Source: the human T2T-CHM13v2.0 reference genome, Homo sapiens. Taken from it: a stretch of 64,000 bases of DNA. A program made the position numbers and the translations under genes. The stretch is from the NCBI RefSeq assembly GCF_009914755.1, contig NC_060932.1. One strand, given 5' to 3'. Under the pieces are notes generated by a model. That model made no database searches and had not been told where the DNA came from. It saw nothing but the letters and a program-made list of their open reading frames with translations. Shown here one piece after another: positions 1-13,620 of this stretch. Within the stretch, counting starts at the first letter, position 1. Each line of letters opens with the position of its first letter.

Positions 1-430
1 CCATCAGGGTTCTCGAGAGACGCAGAACCAGGGGTGCATGCACGCGTGTGATTGTGGAGGCTGGCAGGTCCCAACCACAGAGCCGAAGTCCCCAGCATCC
101 CCGCGCAGGTGTGAGGCCCTCAGCGACCCTGGAACCAGCAGGAGCTCTGCTCCCGCTCAGGGGCCGTGGGGCAGGGGGCTCCCCCTTCCTCGGGAAGGGA
201 CGGCCTTCTGTTCCCTGCAGGGCTTCAAGGATTGGATGAAGACGCCGAGAGGACCTGGAAGGGGAGGAAGATTCTCCAGAGCCTCCAGAAGGAAGCCAGG
301 TCCTGGGGACAATGTGCTTCAGCCCAGGGAGTCCGTTTTGGACATCGCATCTCCGGACGGATATAGATCGCTTTAGACACCCAGTGTGTGGTCACCGGCA
401 CGGCAGGGGTAGACACAGGTGCAGCTCACA
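1..430 (-). mobile_element. Degenerate MLT2-type (ERVL) LTR
   Basis: The blocks cagggttctc.agagac.cagaacca, gtgattgtggaggctg and cttcaa.gattggatga follow the recalled MLT2 consensus order. The right boundary is approximate. Confidence 0.6.
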
Positions 431-611
431 CAGGGATTTACACACTCAGAGCTCCTGGTTCAGTGCCTGTTTGTCAGATGCCTGTGACGTGGTCCAGGCC
501 GTGGGATCCAGTGAATGGAGCTTGACCCAGAGCACATTTCCCTGTGAGGGGCTTGTGTGCTGTGCCCTCCCTCATCACCAGGCAGCATCCGCAGACACAC
601 AGCGGTGCCTC

Positions 612-1047
612 TGTGTACGTGTGTGCGGTGTAGGTGCTTGTGTGTACACATGTGTGTATGTGTACGGTATCTATCTGTGGTGTGTGTGTAAGCATGTGGT
701 GTGTATGTACATGTGTGCACATGTGTGGTATCTAGCTCTGTGTGTGATGTGTGTATGTGTACACATGTGTGTACAGTATCTGTGTATCTGTGTGTATATG
801 TGGTGTGTGTGTATACACATGTGTCTATGTACATGTGTGCACATGTGCAGTATCTGTATCTGTGTGATGTGTGTGTATGTGTACGCCTGTGGTGTGTGCA
901 AGTGTGCACATGTGTACAGCATCTGTGTATCTGTGTGTCTGTGGTGTGTGTGTACACATGTGGTGTGTACAGTATCTGTGTATCTGTGTGCGTGTGGTGT
1001 GATGTATCTGTTGGTGTATGTGTATGCATGTATTCTGTATGTATAGA

Positions 1048-1082
<35 letters not shown>

Positions 1083-1128
1083 TGTGGTGCATGTATGTAG
1101 TATATGTGTGTGTGTGTGTGTATGTACT
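612..1128 (+). repeat. Degenerate (TG)n low-complexity array with a pure (TG)n tract at about 1052-1080
   Basis: Directly visible TGTG/TATG/CACATG mosaic. Confidence 0.95.
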
Positions 1129-1912
1129 GGGGGTGAGGCCTGGGCCAGGGGCAGGCACGGCTCCTCTTGGCACCTGTTGTGCTGTGCAGTGGACGTCCAT
1201 GCTGTTGTGGGGCGTGTGTGAGCCCTCAGGACTGTGAGGATGTGTGGTTTCAGTTTGGGTTTCTTATAATGGGGAATCATTACCCTTTCTGTAGGAAGAA
1301 GGAGATGTCAGACATACAAAAACATGTTTTAAGGAATGTATTCCAAGTCCATTTTCTAATGCAGAGGAATTCCCCAGGAGATGGGAGGTGTGGAGACACC
1401 ACAGAGGCCGTAACACGGGACAGTCACAGGCAGAGGCTCTGGGGATGGGGGGCCAGGCAATGCCTCCTTCACCTGTCCCAGTCAAGGCAGCAAGTGGGGC
1501 CCCAGGATCCCTACTGCCCAACGCTTCCTCCTCAGTCTCCTGTGCACCTGTGTGAGATCCAGAGGCCTCAGGCATTCACCTTGAATCCACCCAAAGGACA
1601 ATCACCCAAGCCACTGAACACGCCTGATCAGATGCAGCTCCAGGAAAAAGCAGCCACGTCTTGTCTGAGCTGTTAATCAGCCGCTGCCCACCGACCAGCC
1701 ACGCCTCTTCAAGGCGCACGCATTTTTCACAGATGGGGTGAGCACATGCGCTCCCGAGAAGCTGAGCGACATCACGGTTTCCGTGTACTCCGGTGATTGC
1801 AGAGTTCTCCTCGCCACCACCCCATCCATCTGCCGGGCACCCACATCCACGCCGGTTCCGTAAGCTGCTCTCCGGCTCTCCCAAATGGGCTGCTTGGGTG
1901 TTTCTCTTAGGG

Positions 1913-1958
1913 TTTTTGTTTGTTTGTTAGTTCGTTTGTTTGTTCGTTTGTTTGTTTT
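1913..1958 (+). repeat. (GTTT)n microsatellite
   Basis: Directly visible, imperfect. Confidence 0.85.
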
Positions 1959-2034
1959 GAGGTCTGTTATTCCTATTAACACGATGTGTGTGTCCTGCAC
2001 GAGGGGATTATAGACGTGTGTGTCCTGCAGCACC

Positions 2035-2288
2035 CACCCCTCAGTGTTAGAATCCATGAGACTAGTGTGTCCTTCGGTGATGAGGCCGCCCACCCCTCGG
2101 TGTTAGAATCCATGAGACTGGCGTGTCCTTCGGTGACGAGGCCGCCCACCCCTCGGTGTTAGAATCCATGAGACTGGCGTGTCCTTCGGTGACGAGGCCG
2201 CCCACCCCTCGGTGTTAGAATCCATGAGACTGGCGTGTCCTTCGGTGACGAGGCCGCCCACCCTTCGGTGTTAGAACCCATGAGACTG
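2035..2288. repeat. 56-bp minisatellite, about 4.5 copies
   Basis: Unit cacccctcggtgttagaatccatgagactggcgtgtccttcggtgacgaggccgcc starts at 2035, 2091, 2147, 2203 and 2259. Confidence 0.95.
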
Positions 2289-2870
2289 ATGACCCTGAGA
2301 GTTGAAGCTTCACAGAAAGGAGGCCTCCCCAAAGTGCCTTTTCTGCGTGTGCATTTTGCGTGTCCTGAGTAGGGATACCCTTCTCAGCGATCTCTGTGGA
2401 ACAGATGCTAAAGGTTCTCTTTTATCTAGCAGATTCTCTACTCTTCCCTTTAAGTTTCAGCTTCTCGTTTGAATGTACTTCCTACAGATAAGAAGAGATG
2501 TCTTTATATCAAGGAATGGATGACGGTGCGAAGAACTGAGTTTATAGAAATCCCCTTATTCTCGCTCTATACCCAACCACACACACAAATGATTTCTCCA
2601 CTCTCACTTTACAGTGATGAAATATCACTGTTATTCTAATGCAGCCAATGTCACCTAAAGGTTGTCCTCTGTGTTCTGGTGAGTGGATGGTGCAGCAGTC
2701 AGGGGGCTGGATGAAGGCAGGCTCGTTCTCATTTAGGGAGGAGTAGGAAGTGCCTGTATCAGGACTCAGCCTGACCACCTGTGAGCCTGCCCCTGGGTGT
2801 GTGCGTGTCAAGTGTCAAAAAATAGGTCACTTCCAAAAAGGCGTTCTTTTGAACTAAGCATGTAGGGTAA

Positions 2871-3036
2871 AGTAGTGCTCTTGAAACTTCAATGTGCTTA
2901 CGAACCACCTGAGGATCTCAGGAGAATGCAGATTCTGACTCATGGGTCTGGAGCGGGACCTGAATTCTGCATCTCTGAAAAGGTTGCCATACATGGCAGC
3001 AATGCCGGTCCACAGACCAGAGTTTGAGTAGTGAGG
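2871..3036. mobile_element. MER5A-like hAT-Charlie DNA transposon relic
   Basis: The pattern aaactt...accacctgaggatct...aatgcagattctgactca...ctgaattctgcatctct...ggtccacagacca.agtttgagtag is typical of MER5A. Confidence 0.8.
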
Positions 3037-3284
3037 GGGTAAGTCACACCCATCACAGAATATCAGCGGGTTTTTATCTGCTCCTACTGTGTGCCCTGCG
3101 CTGTGTTAGATTCCGCGAGAGATTGAAACTAAACAGGATGAGACAATCTCATCATCTTCTGAGATCGGAAGTTCTCACGAGAGAACAATTACAGGCCATG
3201 GTGTGGAAGAACCCGGGGATTCTGGGATTTAAAGAAAGATGGATTTTGGAGTGAAGTGATACTCACAGGTGTGAGTGACGGTGG

Positions 3285-3395
3285 ACCCCGGCTGGAAGCC
3301 AGGCTGACCGTGTAATGACCGTGTGTGGTCTTGAGCAACTTACTGCATACCTTCATCTATTCGATCTTAGTTTTCACACCTGGTGAAACTGGACA
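3285..3395 (+). mobile_element. MIR fragment
   Basis: tgtgtggtcttgagcaacttact...agttttcacacctg resembles the MIR core. Confidence 0.5.
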
Positions 3396-4239
3396 AAGAA
3401 CACTTGTGTGTGTGTGTATATGTCTATATACACCTATGATGTGATAGTTTGGGTAATTTTGAGGCCTGAAGGACAGGAGAGACAGGCTGGGAACTGCATG
3501 TTGGCTGATTCGCCAAAGAACCCAGCCCATTTCCCCATCCTTCTTGTGAGATCCTTGACATCTGCCTGGAAATGAGGGAGGGATGGAGATGGATGAGGCA
3601 GTAGGAGAGGAGAAAGCAAGGAAGAGGGAAGAAAAAATCTGAATAAGAGGTTCTTAGGGGCAGTAGAGTGCAAAGAGAGAGAAGCTTAGATTTATGAGGC
3701 TGAACTAAATTACAGATGGCCTTGAACACCGGCCCTCTCCAGAGCCTGGACTTGGTCCCAGAGCTGACCAGGGCTGTTTGCCTGGAACAGGAGCAACAGA
3801 TGAAAATGGTCCTCCAGCAGGATTAATTCAGTGGGGCTGACAGCTCCATTGTAACATCCAGTCAGTTGTCTGTTAAACGGAGCCGTAATTGCAGTCATTA
3901 GGGCTGGTCTCTGCATCATGGGGAACCGGAATGTGGTTGGGTTTCCTGTGTTTCCTGTCCGTCAAGGAGGGGCCAGGTGGGAATTTCTGCATCTCACGTC
4001 CCTTGTCCTGGAAAGGTCCATCGCGTTTTTTCCTCTCCTAAGAGAAAACCAGTTTTGTTTTTATTTTTTGTAACTGTAGGTTAAGAAGTCAATGCTCTGC
4101 CTCAGTAAAGTGATAGTTTTATAGCTGATGTCGAGGAGGTGTGTCCAACCAGGAGGGGTCGGGGATAGCCCCTGAGGCGACGGGCAGCCTGTTCCTCAGG
4201 GTCTTGGCTATTTGAGAAAAGGAAGGGTCCAGAAGTGCA

Positions 4240-4325
4240 GGCTCTTCCTGAAAAGGCTCTAGAATCACATGACGTCACAGCCGGCTCTTCCTGAAAAGGC
4301 TCTAGAAACACGTGACGTCACAGCC
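4240..4325. promoter_or_regulatory. 43-bp tandem duplication carrying two full CRE palindromes, each overlapping an E-box
   Basis: TGACGTCA at 4270-4277 and 4313-4320, overlapped by CACATG and CACGTG respectively. The motifs are certain but their function is inferred. Confidence 0.4.
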
Positions 4326-4734
4326 TCAAAAGCTTGGGAGAGAGTCCAGGCAATTGACAGGGGGACCCTCTGTGGCCACCGATTAATTCCCAGATGGCTG
4401 GTGGCGTCTGCTCTTAGGAAGCACCCTGGGAGCTTTTACTGCAACACAGAGGCACCAAGAGCTGCCGCTGGGACGTGGTGCGTGAACCAGCCTCTGCTCA
4501 GCTCGCCTCGGGAAAGGCACAGGTGGGAAGGCTGGACAGGTAGAGGTGACCGGAGCACTGGGATTCGGACAGGTTCTCAGCGTCTCCATTTCCAAATGGA
4601 GTCCTTGTGATGGGGGCGGGAGACATGGCTGTGCCGTGACTGGAAATTCATGGAGTCCTAGGAGGACTTCAGTCCGCCTGAGTGAGAATACATCAAATCT
4701 GGAGTAGATATTTTTCCCTTCAAAAATAAAGGGC

Positions 4735-4862
4735 AGCCAAGTGCAGTGGCACCTGTCTGTGATCGCAGCTACCTGGGATGCTGAGGCAGGAGGATCACTT
4801 GAGCCCAGGAGAGTGACTACAGCCTGGGCAATGTAGAAAGACCTCATCTCAAGGAAACAAAA
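4735..4862 (+). mobile_element. FLAM-type Alu monomer
   Basis: Single-arm Alu: ...gctgaggcaggaggatcacttgagcccagga...cagcctgggcaatgtagaaagacctcatctc followed by an A-rich tail. Confidence 0.85.
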
Positions 4863-5126
4863 GTGAAGAGTGACCTTGGGGATTTCATCAGCAAATCAAG
4901 CAGGAAGTTCAGGGAGCCATCTCAGTCGGGATATCTCTGAGCATTTAGAAATCATGTTAACCCCTCTGCACCCAAGGTGATGTTACTGTGAGCTGCTCGG
5001 TGGATCACAAAGGAGTTTGAAGGGAAGGCGCTGTGAGAAGGGTAGGTACAAGTGCCAGGCTGCTTGATGTTGGGGTGTTTGAGCACCACAGTCTCTTGGC
5101 CACGCACCACTGGGCACTCCTGCAGC

Positions 5127-5550
5127 TCCAGCCATCCATGGGCTGGGGTAGACTGTGAGCGGTTAATCTCCAGGCATCCGTGGACTGGGGTAGACTGTGA
5201 ATGGTTAATCTCCAGCCATCCGTGGACTGGGGTAGACTGTGAGCGGTTAATCTCCAGCCATCCGTGGACTGGGGTAGACTGTGAGCGGTTAATCTCCAGC
5301 CATCCGTGGACTGGGGTAGACTGTGAGTGGTTAATCTCCAGCCATCCGTGGGCGGGGGTAGACTGTGAGCGGTTAATCTCCAGCCATCCGTGGACTGGGG
5401 TAGACTGTGAGCGGTTAATCTCCAGCCATCCGTGGGCGGGGGTAGACTGTGAGCAGTTAAACTCCAGCCATCCGTGGACTGGGGTAGACTGTGAGCGGTT
5501 AATCTCCAGCCATCCGTGGACTGGGGTAGACTGTGAGTGATTAATCTCCA
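5127..5550. repeat. 42-bp minisatellite, about 10 copies
   Basis: Unit ctccagccatccgtggactggggtagactgtgagcggttaat. Confidence 0.97.
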
Positions 5551-5954
5551 CACCCTCCTGGTCTCCCGAGCGCCTGGCACAGTCCTTAGCTGCGTCCTGG
5601 AGAACTGGTCTTCCGGGCCCTGCCTACCTCTCTGCCATCGCTGCTACCATTCTTTGTCTGCACCTGCAGGCTAAGGCTCCACGGGCCCCTCTTCTGTCCC
5701 TGACACAGCAAGGTTTTCCTATGTCAGCCTTCTCACGATCCATCCCTGTCCCCGGTCTGCCCCCGGCCCCGTCTCCATCCACAAGTGTTCCTTGTCATCC
5801 ATCTCAGTGCTGAGTGGACACCGTCTCGGTGAAACTTCCTGCCCACCCTCCCAGAGAGGCTCCTCCTGTCCCCACCACACACAGAGCTCACCCAGGTTTC
5901 ACCCTCTCCATTCCTAGATGTGTCCTTCACAGTGTTACCTAAATCTACAATTCT

Positions 5955-7732
5955 TCCTTTTTTATTTCAATAGATTTTTGGGGAACAGGTGGTGTTTGGT
6001 TATATGGATAAGTGACTGAGTGGTGATTTCTGAGATTTTAGTGTACGCAAGCCATGTACACTGTACCCAACGTGTAGTCTTTTATCCTCCACCCCTTCCC
6101 ATCCTTCCCCGAGTCCCCAAAGTCCATTGTGTCATTCTTACGCCGTTGCATCCACATAGCTTAGCTCCCACTTGTAAGTGAGCACATACAATGTTTGGTT
6201 TTCCATTCTTGTGTTACTTCACTTTGAATAATGGTCTCCAACTCCATCCAGACTGCCGCAAATGCCATTATTTTGTTCCTTTTTTTGGCTGAGTAGTATT
6301 CCATGGTATATATATACCACATTTTCTTTTTTTACTCATTAGTTGATAGGCATTTGGGCTGGTTCTGTGTTTTTGCAATTGTGAATACACATGCATGTGC
6401 AAGGATCTTTTTCGTATAATGAGCCTTTTCTTCTGGGCAGATACTCACGAGTGGGATTGCTGGGTCAAACAGTAGATCTACTTTTAGTTCTTTAAGGAGT
6501 CTCCACACTGTTTTCCGTAGTGGTTGTACTAGTTTACATTCCCACCAGCAGTGTAGAAGTGTTCCCTGTTTACCACATTCATGCCAACATCTATTTTTTT
6601 ATTTTTTAATTATGATCATTGTTGCAGGAGTGAGGTGGTGTCACACTGTGGTTTTTTTATTTGCACGTCCTTGATAATTAATGATGTTGAGCATTTTTTC
6701 CATATGTTTGTTGGCCATTTTTGTATCTTCTTTTGAGATTTGCCTATTCCTGTCCCTGGCCCACTTTTTGATGGGATTATTTGTTTTTATTTCTTGCTGG
6801 TTTGAGTTCCTTGAAGATTCTGGATATGAGTCCTTTGTCACATGCATAGTTTTTGAAGATTTTCTCCCACTCGGTGGGTTGTCTGTTTACTCTGCTGATT
6901 ATTTCTTTTGCTGTGCAGAAGCTTTTTAGTTTAAGTCTCTTCTGTTTATCTTTGCTTTTGTTGCATTTGCTTTTGGGTTCTTGCTCATGAAGTATTTGCC
7001 TAAGCCAGTGTCTAGAAGGGTTTTTCCAATGCCATCTTCTAGAATATTTAGGGTTTCAGGTCTTAGCTGTAAGTCTTTGATCCATCTTGGGTTGATTCTT
7101 GTATAAGGTGAGAGATGAGGATCCAGTTTCATTCTTCTATATGTGGCTTGCCGATTATCCCAGCACCATTTGTTGAATAGGGTGTCCTTTCCCCGCTTAT
7201 GTTTTTGTTTGGTTTGTTAAAGATCAGTTGGCTGTAAAATCACATGATCATCTCAACAGTTGCAGAAAAAGCATTTGAGAAAATCCAGCATCACTTTATG
7301 ATTAAAACCCTCAGCAGAATTGGCATAGAAGGGACATACTTTAAGTTTATAAAAGTCATCTATGACACACTAACAGCCAACATTATACTGAACAGGGAAA
7401 AGTTGAAAGCATTTTTCCTGAGAACTGGAACAAGACAAGGATGCCCACTTTTACCACTTCTGTTCAACATAGTACTAGAAGTCCTAGCCAGAGCAATCAG
7501 ACAAGAGAAAGAAATTAAGGGCATCCAAATTGGTAAAGAGGAAGTCAAACTGTTGCAGTTCACTGATGATATGATTTTATACTTAGAAAACCTAGATCTG
7601 ATAAATGAATTCAGTAAAGTTTCAGGACACAAAATCAATGTACACAAATTAGTAGCACTCCTATAGAACAATAGTGACGGAGCTGAGAATCAGATCAAGA
7701 ACTCCACCCCTTTACAATAATAGCTGCAAAAA

Positions 7733-7775
<43 letters not shown>

Positions 7776-8205
7776 AATGCTTAGGAATATACCTAACCAA
7801 GGATGTGAAAAACCTCTACACCTCTACAAGGAAAACTGTAAAACACTGATGAAAGAAATCATAGATGACACAAACAAATGGTAACACATCTCATGCTCAT
7901 GGATGGGTAGAATTAATATTGTTAAAATGACCATACTGCCAAACACAATGGATAAATTCAATATCATTCCTATCAAAATACCATCATCATTCTTCACAGA
8001 AGTAGAAAAAACAATCCTAAAATTCATATGGAACCAAAAAAGAGCCTGCATAGCCAAAGCAAGACTAAGCAAAAAGAACGAATCTGGAGGCATCACATTA
8101 CCCAACTTCAAACTATACTATAAGGCTATAATCACCAAAACAGCATGGTACTGGCATAAAAATAGGCATGTAGAGCAATGGAACAGAATAGAGGACCCAG
8201 AAATA
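5955..8205 (-). mobile_element. L1PB-type LINE-1, 5'-truncated with 5' inversion (5955-7236 minus, 7237-8205 plus)
   Basis: L1PB-like 3' UTR lies at the left end. ORF2 peptides occur on both strands ([10 protein letters not shown].. on minus; [20 protein letters not shown] and MGRINIVKM.. on plus). There is an internal (TAAA)n at about 7730-7776. Confidence 0.92.
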
Positions 8206-8421
8206 GAGTGTAATTTTTCTTTATGGGTTCGTTTATTTGTTTATTAGCTTTTTCCTTCCCTACATTTTAAATTCCAAAAAGACAATCAGATTTGTGATAT
8301 ATCATTGCATATGTAGTCCTAGATCTGTGCTGGTCCCATGGTGGGCATCAGCTGTTCTGTCAATGTTTCTTGAGTGAATCATTTTCATAAATACAATTAA
8401 TCCGTTTCTATACTACTATAA

Positions 8422-8520
8422 TAAATTCCTATGTTGAAGCCCAAACTCCCAATGTGATGGTATTTGGAGATGGGGTTTTAGGGAGGTAATTAGTCTTAGG
8501 TGATGTCATGAGAGTAACCT
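8422..8520 (+). mobile_element. MLT1/MST (MaLR) LTR fragment
   Basis: aaattc.tatgttgaagccc...cccaatgtgatggtatttggagatgggg..ttagggaggtaattag. Confidence 0.75.
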
Positions 8521-10398
8521 CCTATTCCAAGCACTCTTAGAATGTCTGAACGTGTTATTAATGAGTAATTTTTATAATCAAAGGAAAACATTTAAAGGTG
8601 TTTTTCCAGGAATTAGTCATAAGTGAGCTTATTTTGCACAACTGTGATGGTCTGACTTGTCTGTATCCTAAGTTGTCACAGCTCACTGAGATATTAGGAC
8701 TCTTCCACAGAAGCCACTCAGAACGCCCAGGCATGTCCTACCCCCTTGTAATCCCACCTCCCTCCCTGAGAAACGGCGTGTCATCAGCGGTGCTTGACCA
8801 CTTTCAACTGGAGAAATTTTATCTTTTTAGCAACTCAAATAATTTGCCAGTTTCATAATCTCCAGGATTCAGTGTCAGTCATGGTGCTCAGTCATCCACC
8901 TCGCCCCAGTGTCTTACAACCCCTGAGCCTAAGAGCCTGTGATTGACTTAATCCCAGGTAGGGTGGGTGCTGGGCCTTGATTGGTGTTTAGTGGTGGCCA
9001 GATTTACACGTCACCCCCCAGGTTCCAGGCCAGGCTCTGTGGAGTGGGCTCTGCTGGGCATGTGACAAGGGTCCCATCCGTCCAGGGCTCAGGTGACCTT
9101 CCTGGAGAGGCTGGCTTAGGGCAGGGTGATGTTGGAAGCATGGCAGGGATTCAGCTGATGACAGGGAGGTTTGGTTGTCTGGAAGGGCATGTGTCCAGGG
9201 CCAGATGAAACCAGTGCAGTGTTTTAAGAAACTGGATGCAGCCTGCAGCAGGGGAACTTGAGATGTCTTGAGGGCTGACCCTGTTAAAGAGTTTCCATGT
9301 TCATTCAAGAGCAGCAGGAGTGTGTGGGGGGAAGGAGAGGGGCTCAAGCCCTGAGGCGGGCAGGCAGCTCAGCTCTGCTGAAACGTAGAATGCCCCCAGC
9401 AAGCACAGCACAGGCCCACTGAGTGGGGAGTGTACAGAGAAGTTTCTCTGGCAGGTGGGGTATGGCATGGAGGGGCTCCCTCTGGGGCCTAGTTCCCTCT
9501 TGCCATGGCTACTGCCTTGGGAATATTTTAGAAGTGAGTCTGGGGCCACTTGAGGCCAAAGAAGGGAAACTGGCATAACTGACCCCCCACCCCCGGCCCT
9601 GGTTCCAATGGCAGCACCCCTGCAGGGCACGTGGATCCTGGGTCCCTTCCACAGCTCCCCTGGGCCCCATGTGGTCGGTTTTCCCATGTGGGACACTTTG
9701 TAAGGTCACTCCCCTGTAGTTCCCCCTCCCTCCCAGATCCTCTGCCAGTCTGGGCAGCAATGTCCCTCCCAGGACGCTGCCCTTCTGCCCATTTTCCATT
9801 AGGTTCAAGGACAGATCCTCCCCAACGTCCAGCGAGGCTGCGGCTGTCTTTAAAGGACAGACAGCCCACACCAGGGAGGACCTGGCAGGCTCGGCTCTTC
9901 CGCCAGCCTTGGGCATGTGGAGATCAAGTGAGGATGAGCTGTGGTTTGAGGACGTTTCCAAGCTTATTTTGAACAATGTTCCGTGGTTTTGCAACATGAT
10001 CTCATGTGAACAGGCTGCGTTCAGCACAACATTCTCAGGGGCCACCGACCTGCGGATCCTCCCCATCACTTCTGTTCATTTCCCAAGTAAAATCCACCTT
10101 CCTTGATGGCAAACACAGGGTGGCCGTGGGGACGTTGTTAAAAGTGGGTCTAATCAGTGGAGCCTGTGAGGGCTTTTGCAGGGGTAATGAACACCACCAG
10201 CCAACGATCTTGTTTTTCCATCAGATAGATGCACAGAAAAACAACTTTGGGTGCAGCAAAAAGGATTTCGCTTTTTAACGTGGAGCTGTTGGAGTTTCAA
10301 TTAAATCCAGAATTCATTAAAAATTTCCCAACAATGATATAAAGTACTCTCATTGTATTTAAATTTTCTGTTTGTAAACATGTAAACAGCTTATGTGA

Positions 10399-10911
<513 letters not shown>

Positions 10912-11559
10912 TTATTTTATGAACAAATGAAAACATTTAAACCTGGGGATGTGCAGTGACTCAGAGAATATCGAATGTGCAGAAAAAGAAATGAAATCAC
11001 AAGAAAAGGGCAAAATCCCCACATTCCCAAGAGCCTCATGTTCATGATCTTTCAATCTTTCAAAGACACGCAGGTTGTCTCATCCTTCGGATACCTGGAA
11101 TCTCACCAGGGAAAGAAGGGATTGGACTTGGAGCTGCTTTCAGTTCTAAGGGAAGAAAACATTAGGAAGGTTTGCTCCGTCTCCAGAGGTCCTCCTTCCT
11201 CTCAGGCTGAGACCCATGGAGCATTAAGAGAACTCCAGGTTATGGCACAGATGATGCCATCCTTTGAGCTTTTAAAAACCGTTCATTTGGTAGAGATCTA
11301 TTTGATGTCTAGTTAGTATGAACCAGACATTTATGAGCCATGGAGCACTGTCCATAAAGAGATGAGATAGATGAAATCTCAGTGTCCACACACTTGGCAG
11401 TGTAGTGGAGAGAGAGACGTATTAACAAACTGCAGTCTAGAATGAGGAGGCAGACGTGGTCATCAAGGAAGGCTGCCTGGAGGAAGTGACTTATATCTGG
11501 GTTTTGGAGGACTGTTGCCAGCAAATGACCTCACCCTGGGAGTGATTAAGAAACCTTCT

Positions 11560-12560
11560 TATATCTTTATTTTTCCAGTACCTTTTTGCCAAGACCTCTC
11601 TCTCTCTCTCTTCCCCCCCGCCCACCCCCCATGATTAGCATTTTAATTGGATTAATGTTCTTAAATTCATGTTTCTGAATAAGAATGACATGTATATGTA
11701 CTCATCTTCTCAAAAACATCACATATCTCTTAGTTTATACAACTCTTCATTTATAAACGTTGGAAAATTTTAGTGCTCTTCATATAGATCAGAAACATTT
11801 CTTATGAGGTTTATTCTATTTATTATATGCCATTGTTGCTCTTACGGCAGAGATTTTCTTGTTAAATTCTGTAATTTGTCTCATGATGAGAATTTGGGAG
11901 GCCACAGAACGGTGAGTATCCAGCATCTTAGCAAACTGTTCACTGTCTCAAAGATCTCCAGGTTTTCCTAGAAAGAGAATCACATCATCCTCAAGTCACG
12001 TCATGATTTCCTTGCTGTGTGCGGGATGTTATTAGCTGTTTTGCGGGTGTCATACTCACAGTCTTGTCTGTGGCTTTCCTGGGATTAAATCTGCAAGTCA
12101 ACAACAGGCTTCAGGATGTTGATCGTTTAAGAAACTGAGGAGGCCCACATTTGTTTGATTTTACTAAAAGTTTTGATCGAGTTTTGAAATTAAATTTCAT
12201 CAAATGCCTTTCCACTGTGTATTGCAATGATAATCCAGTATGTCTCTATTAATTTATGGCAATAAATATTGATTTCCTAATATTACATCATCCTTAATGT
12301 CCTTAATGTCCCAGAGTACTCACCATATTGCTCACATTATAATGTTAAATATTCCTGACTTTATATCACCCGTGTTTTAGTGAGGGATTTCCACCTGTAT
12401 TCCTAAGATTGCTGGGTAGGTTTTCTGCGGCATCTTCCTCAGATATGGATAGCAGGGGTAAGCAGCGTTCATGCATTCCTTAGGGAGCTTCCCGTCTTTC
12501 TCTGGGCTCTGATCCAGGTTAAATGGTGCAGGAATCACATCTTCTCTAATATCCAAGGGC
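11560..12560 (-). mobile_element. Highly decayed old L1 (L1M-type) ORF2 fragments
   Basis: T-rich sequence with residual L1 motifs (gttttcctag..agagaatcacatcatcctcaa; tttcatcaaatgcctttcc). Confidence 0.5.
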
Positions 12561-12839
12561 CCTCTCCCATCAGGATGTCGGGGACCAAGGGCTTTCCATG
12601 AAGTGCTTTCTGGACACCAGCATCCATCTTTCCAGTGGCTCCCATGGCCATTGTGCTCAGCCACCGCTGCCTCCTGACCTGGTCTGGGTGATCCCTGCTT
12701 GCCTAGAAGATGAGCACATGGCAGACTCCGCCCCATCACTCGGGTCCTCACTCCTTTTGCTGGCCCAGTTCCTTTTCCACAGTGAGCTGAGGTTGACGGT
12801 GTAATTTCCCCATCTCCAGCCTTCAGAGGCCGCCTCTGC

Positions 12840-13620
12840 CCTAGCATCCATTCAGAGACCCGGCTGTGGTCTCTGTGCCTCCCTTGTCCACAGCCGCCTG
12901 TCCTCACCTCCATGTGGTTGCCAGGCTCCTCCCAGGCCTGGAACCCTCCCCAGGGGGCCTTGCGTCTTACCACACTTTCTCCCAGCCCCCTTCCCTCCAC
13001 ACCTCATTCCCTGCCAGGCCTCCCAGAACTGCCACCCAGCAGGTGTCTTTTATTCTTCAAGTCTCATTTTAAATGCCCCTCCTCAGCAAGTCCTCTCCCA
13101 ACCAACCCAGGTGGAACTGGGAGTAGGACACCACAGCTCCAGGACAAAAGCTCACTACCTGCGGCCCCGCCACTCAGGTGATCGTTTTTCCGTGAGCAGC
13201 CCAGGGTGCTTTCCAGGGGGAAGAGGTGCCATTGCTGATGACAGAAGGGCATCTCGTAGATTGGGACTGCAGGTAGCAAGCAGGGCTGTTTGGTGGTTTT
13301 AAATATCAGCTATGAGTATTACCACCACTTTACGTAGGAGATGCTGAAACAGAGGGCAGTGGCCAAGGTAATACCCTAACCCGGAAGTCAGATCCCAGGA
13401 GTGGAGTAACCTTCTCACACGGCCTCCTCCTCATTTATCCTGTGGCCTCTTTCAATTAATTGATCATGTGTCTGCTTCTTCCCTATTGTCTGTTTTCAGT
13501 TAGGCTCTGAGGTCCTTTTTAACAAGGACGGCGCCTTTCATTCTGTGCACTGCACCTAGTTCTTCGCACAGACACAGCAGGTGTGCCTTAAGTCTATGTA
13601 GAGTGAATGAATGCATAAAT
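12840..13620 (+). mobile_element. L2 fragments, including an L2 3' end near 13610
   Basis: ttcttcaagtctca.tttaaatgcccctcctcag..agtcct and a terminal gagtgaatgaatg. Discontinuous. Confidence 0.5.

Noticed and set aside
312-1280. Overlapping 150-246-aa ORFs
   Set aside because: Translation of TG/CA low-complexity sequence.
4952-5580. Repetitive 14-aa-unit ORFs on both strands
   Set aside because: The 42-bp unit is divisible by 3, which gives artefactual ORFs.
7244-8247. Reverse-transcriptase ORFs as an active retroelement or domesticated gene
   Set aside because: Fragmented L1 ORF2 with a deletion, stops and a microsatellite; the catalytic motif has decayed to FTDD. The same applies to 28732-29052.
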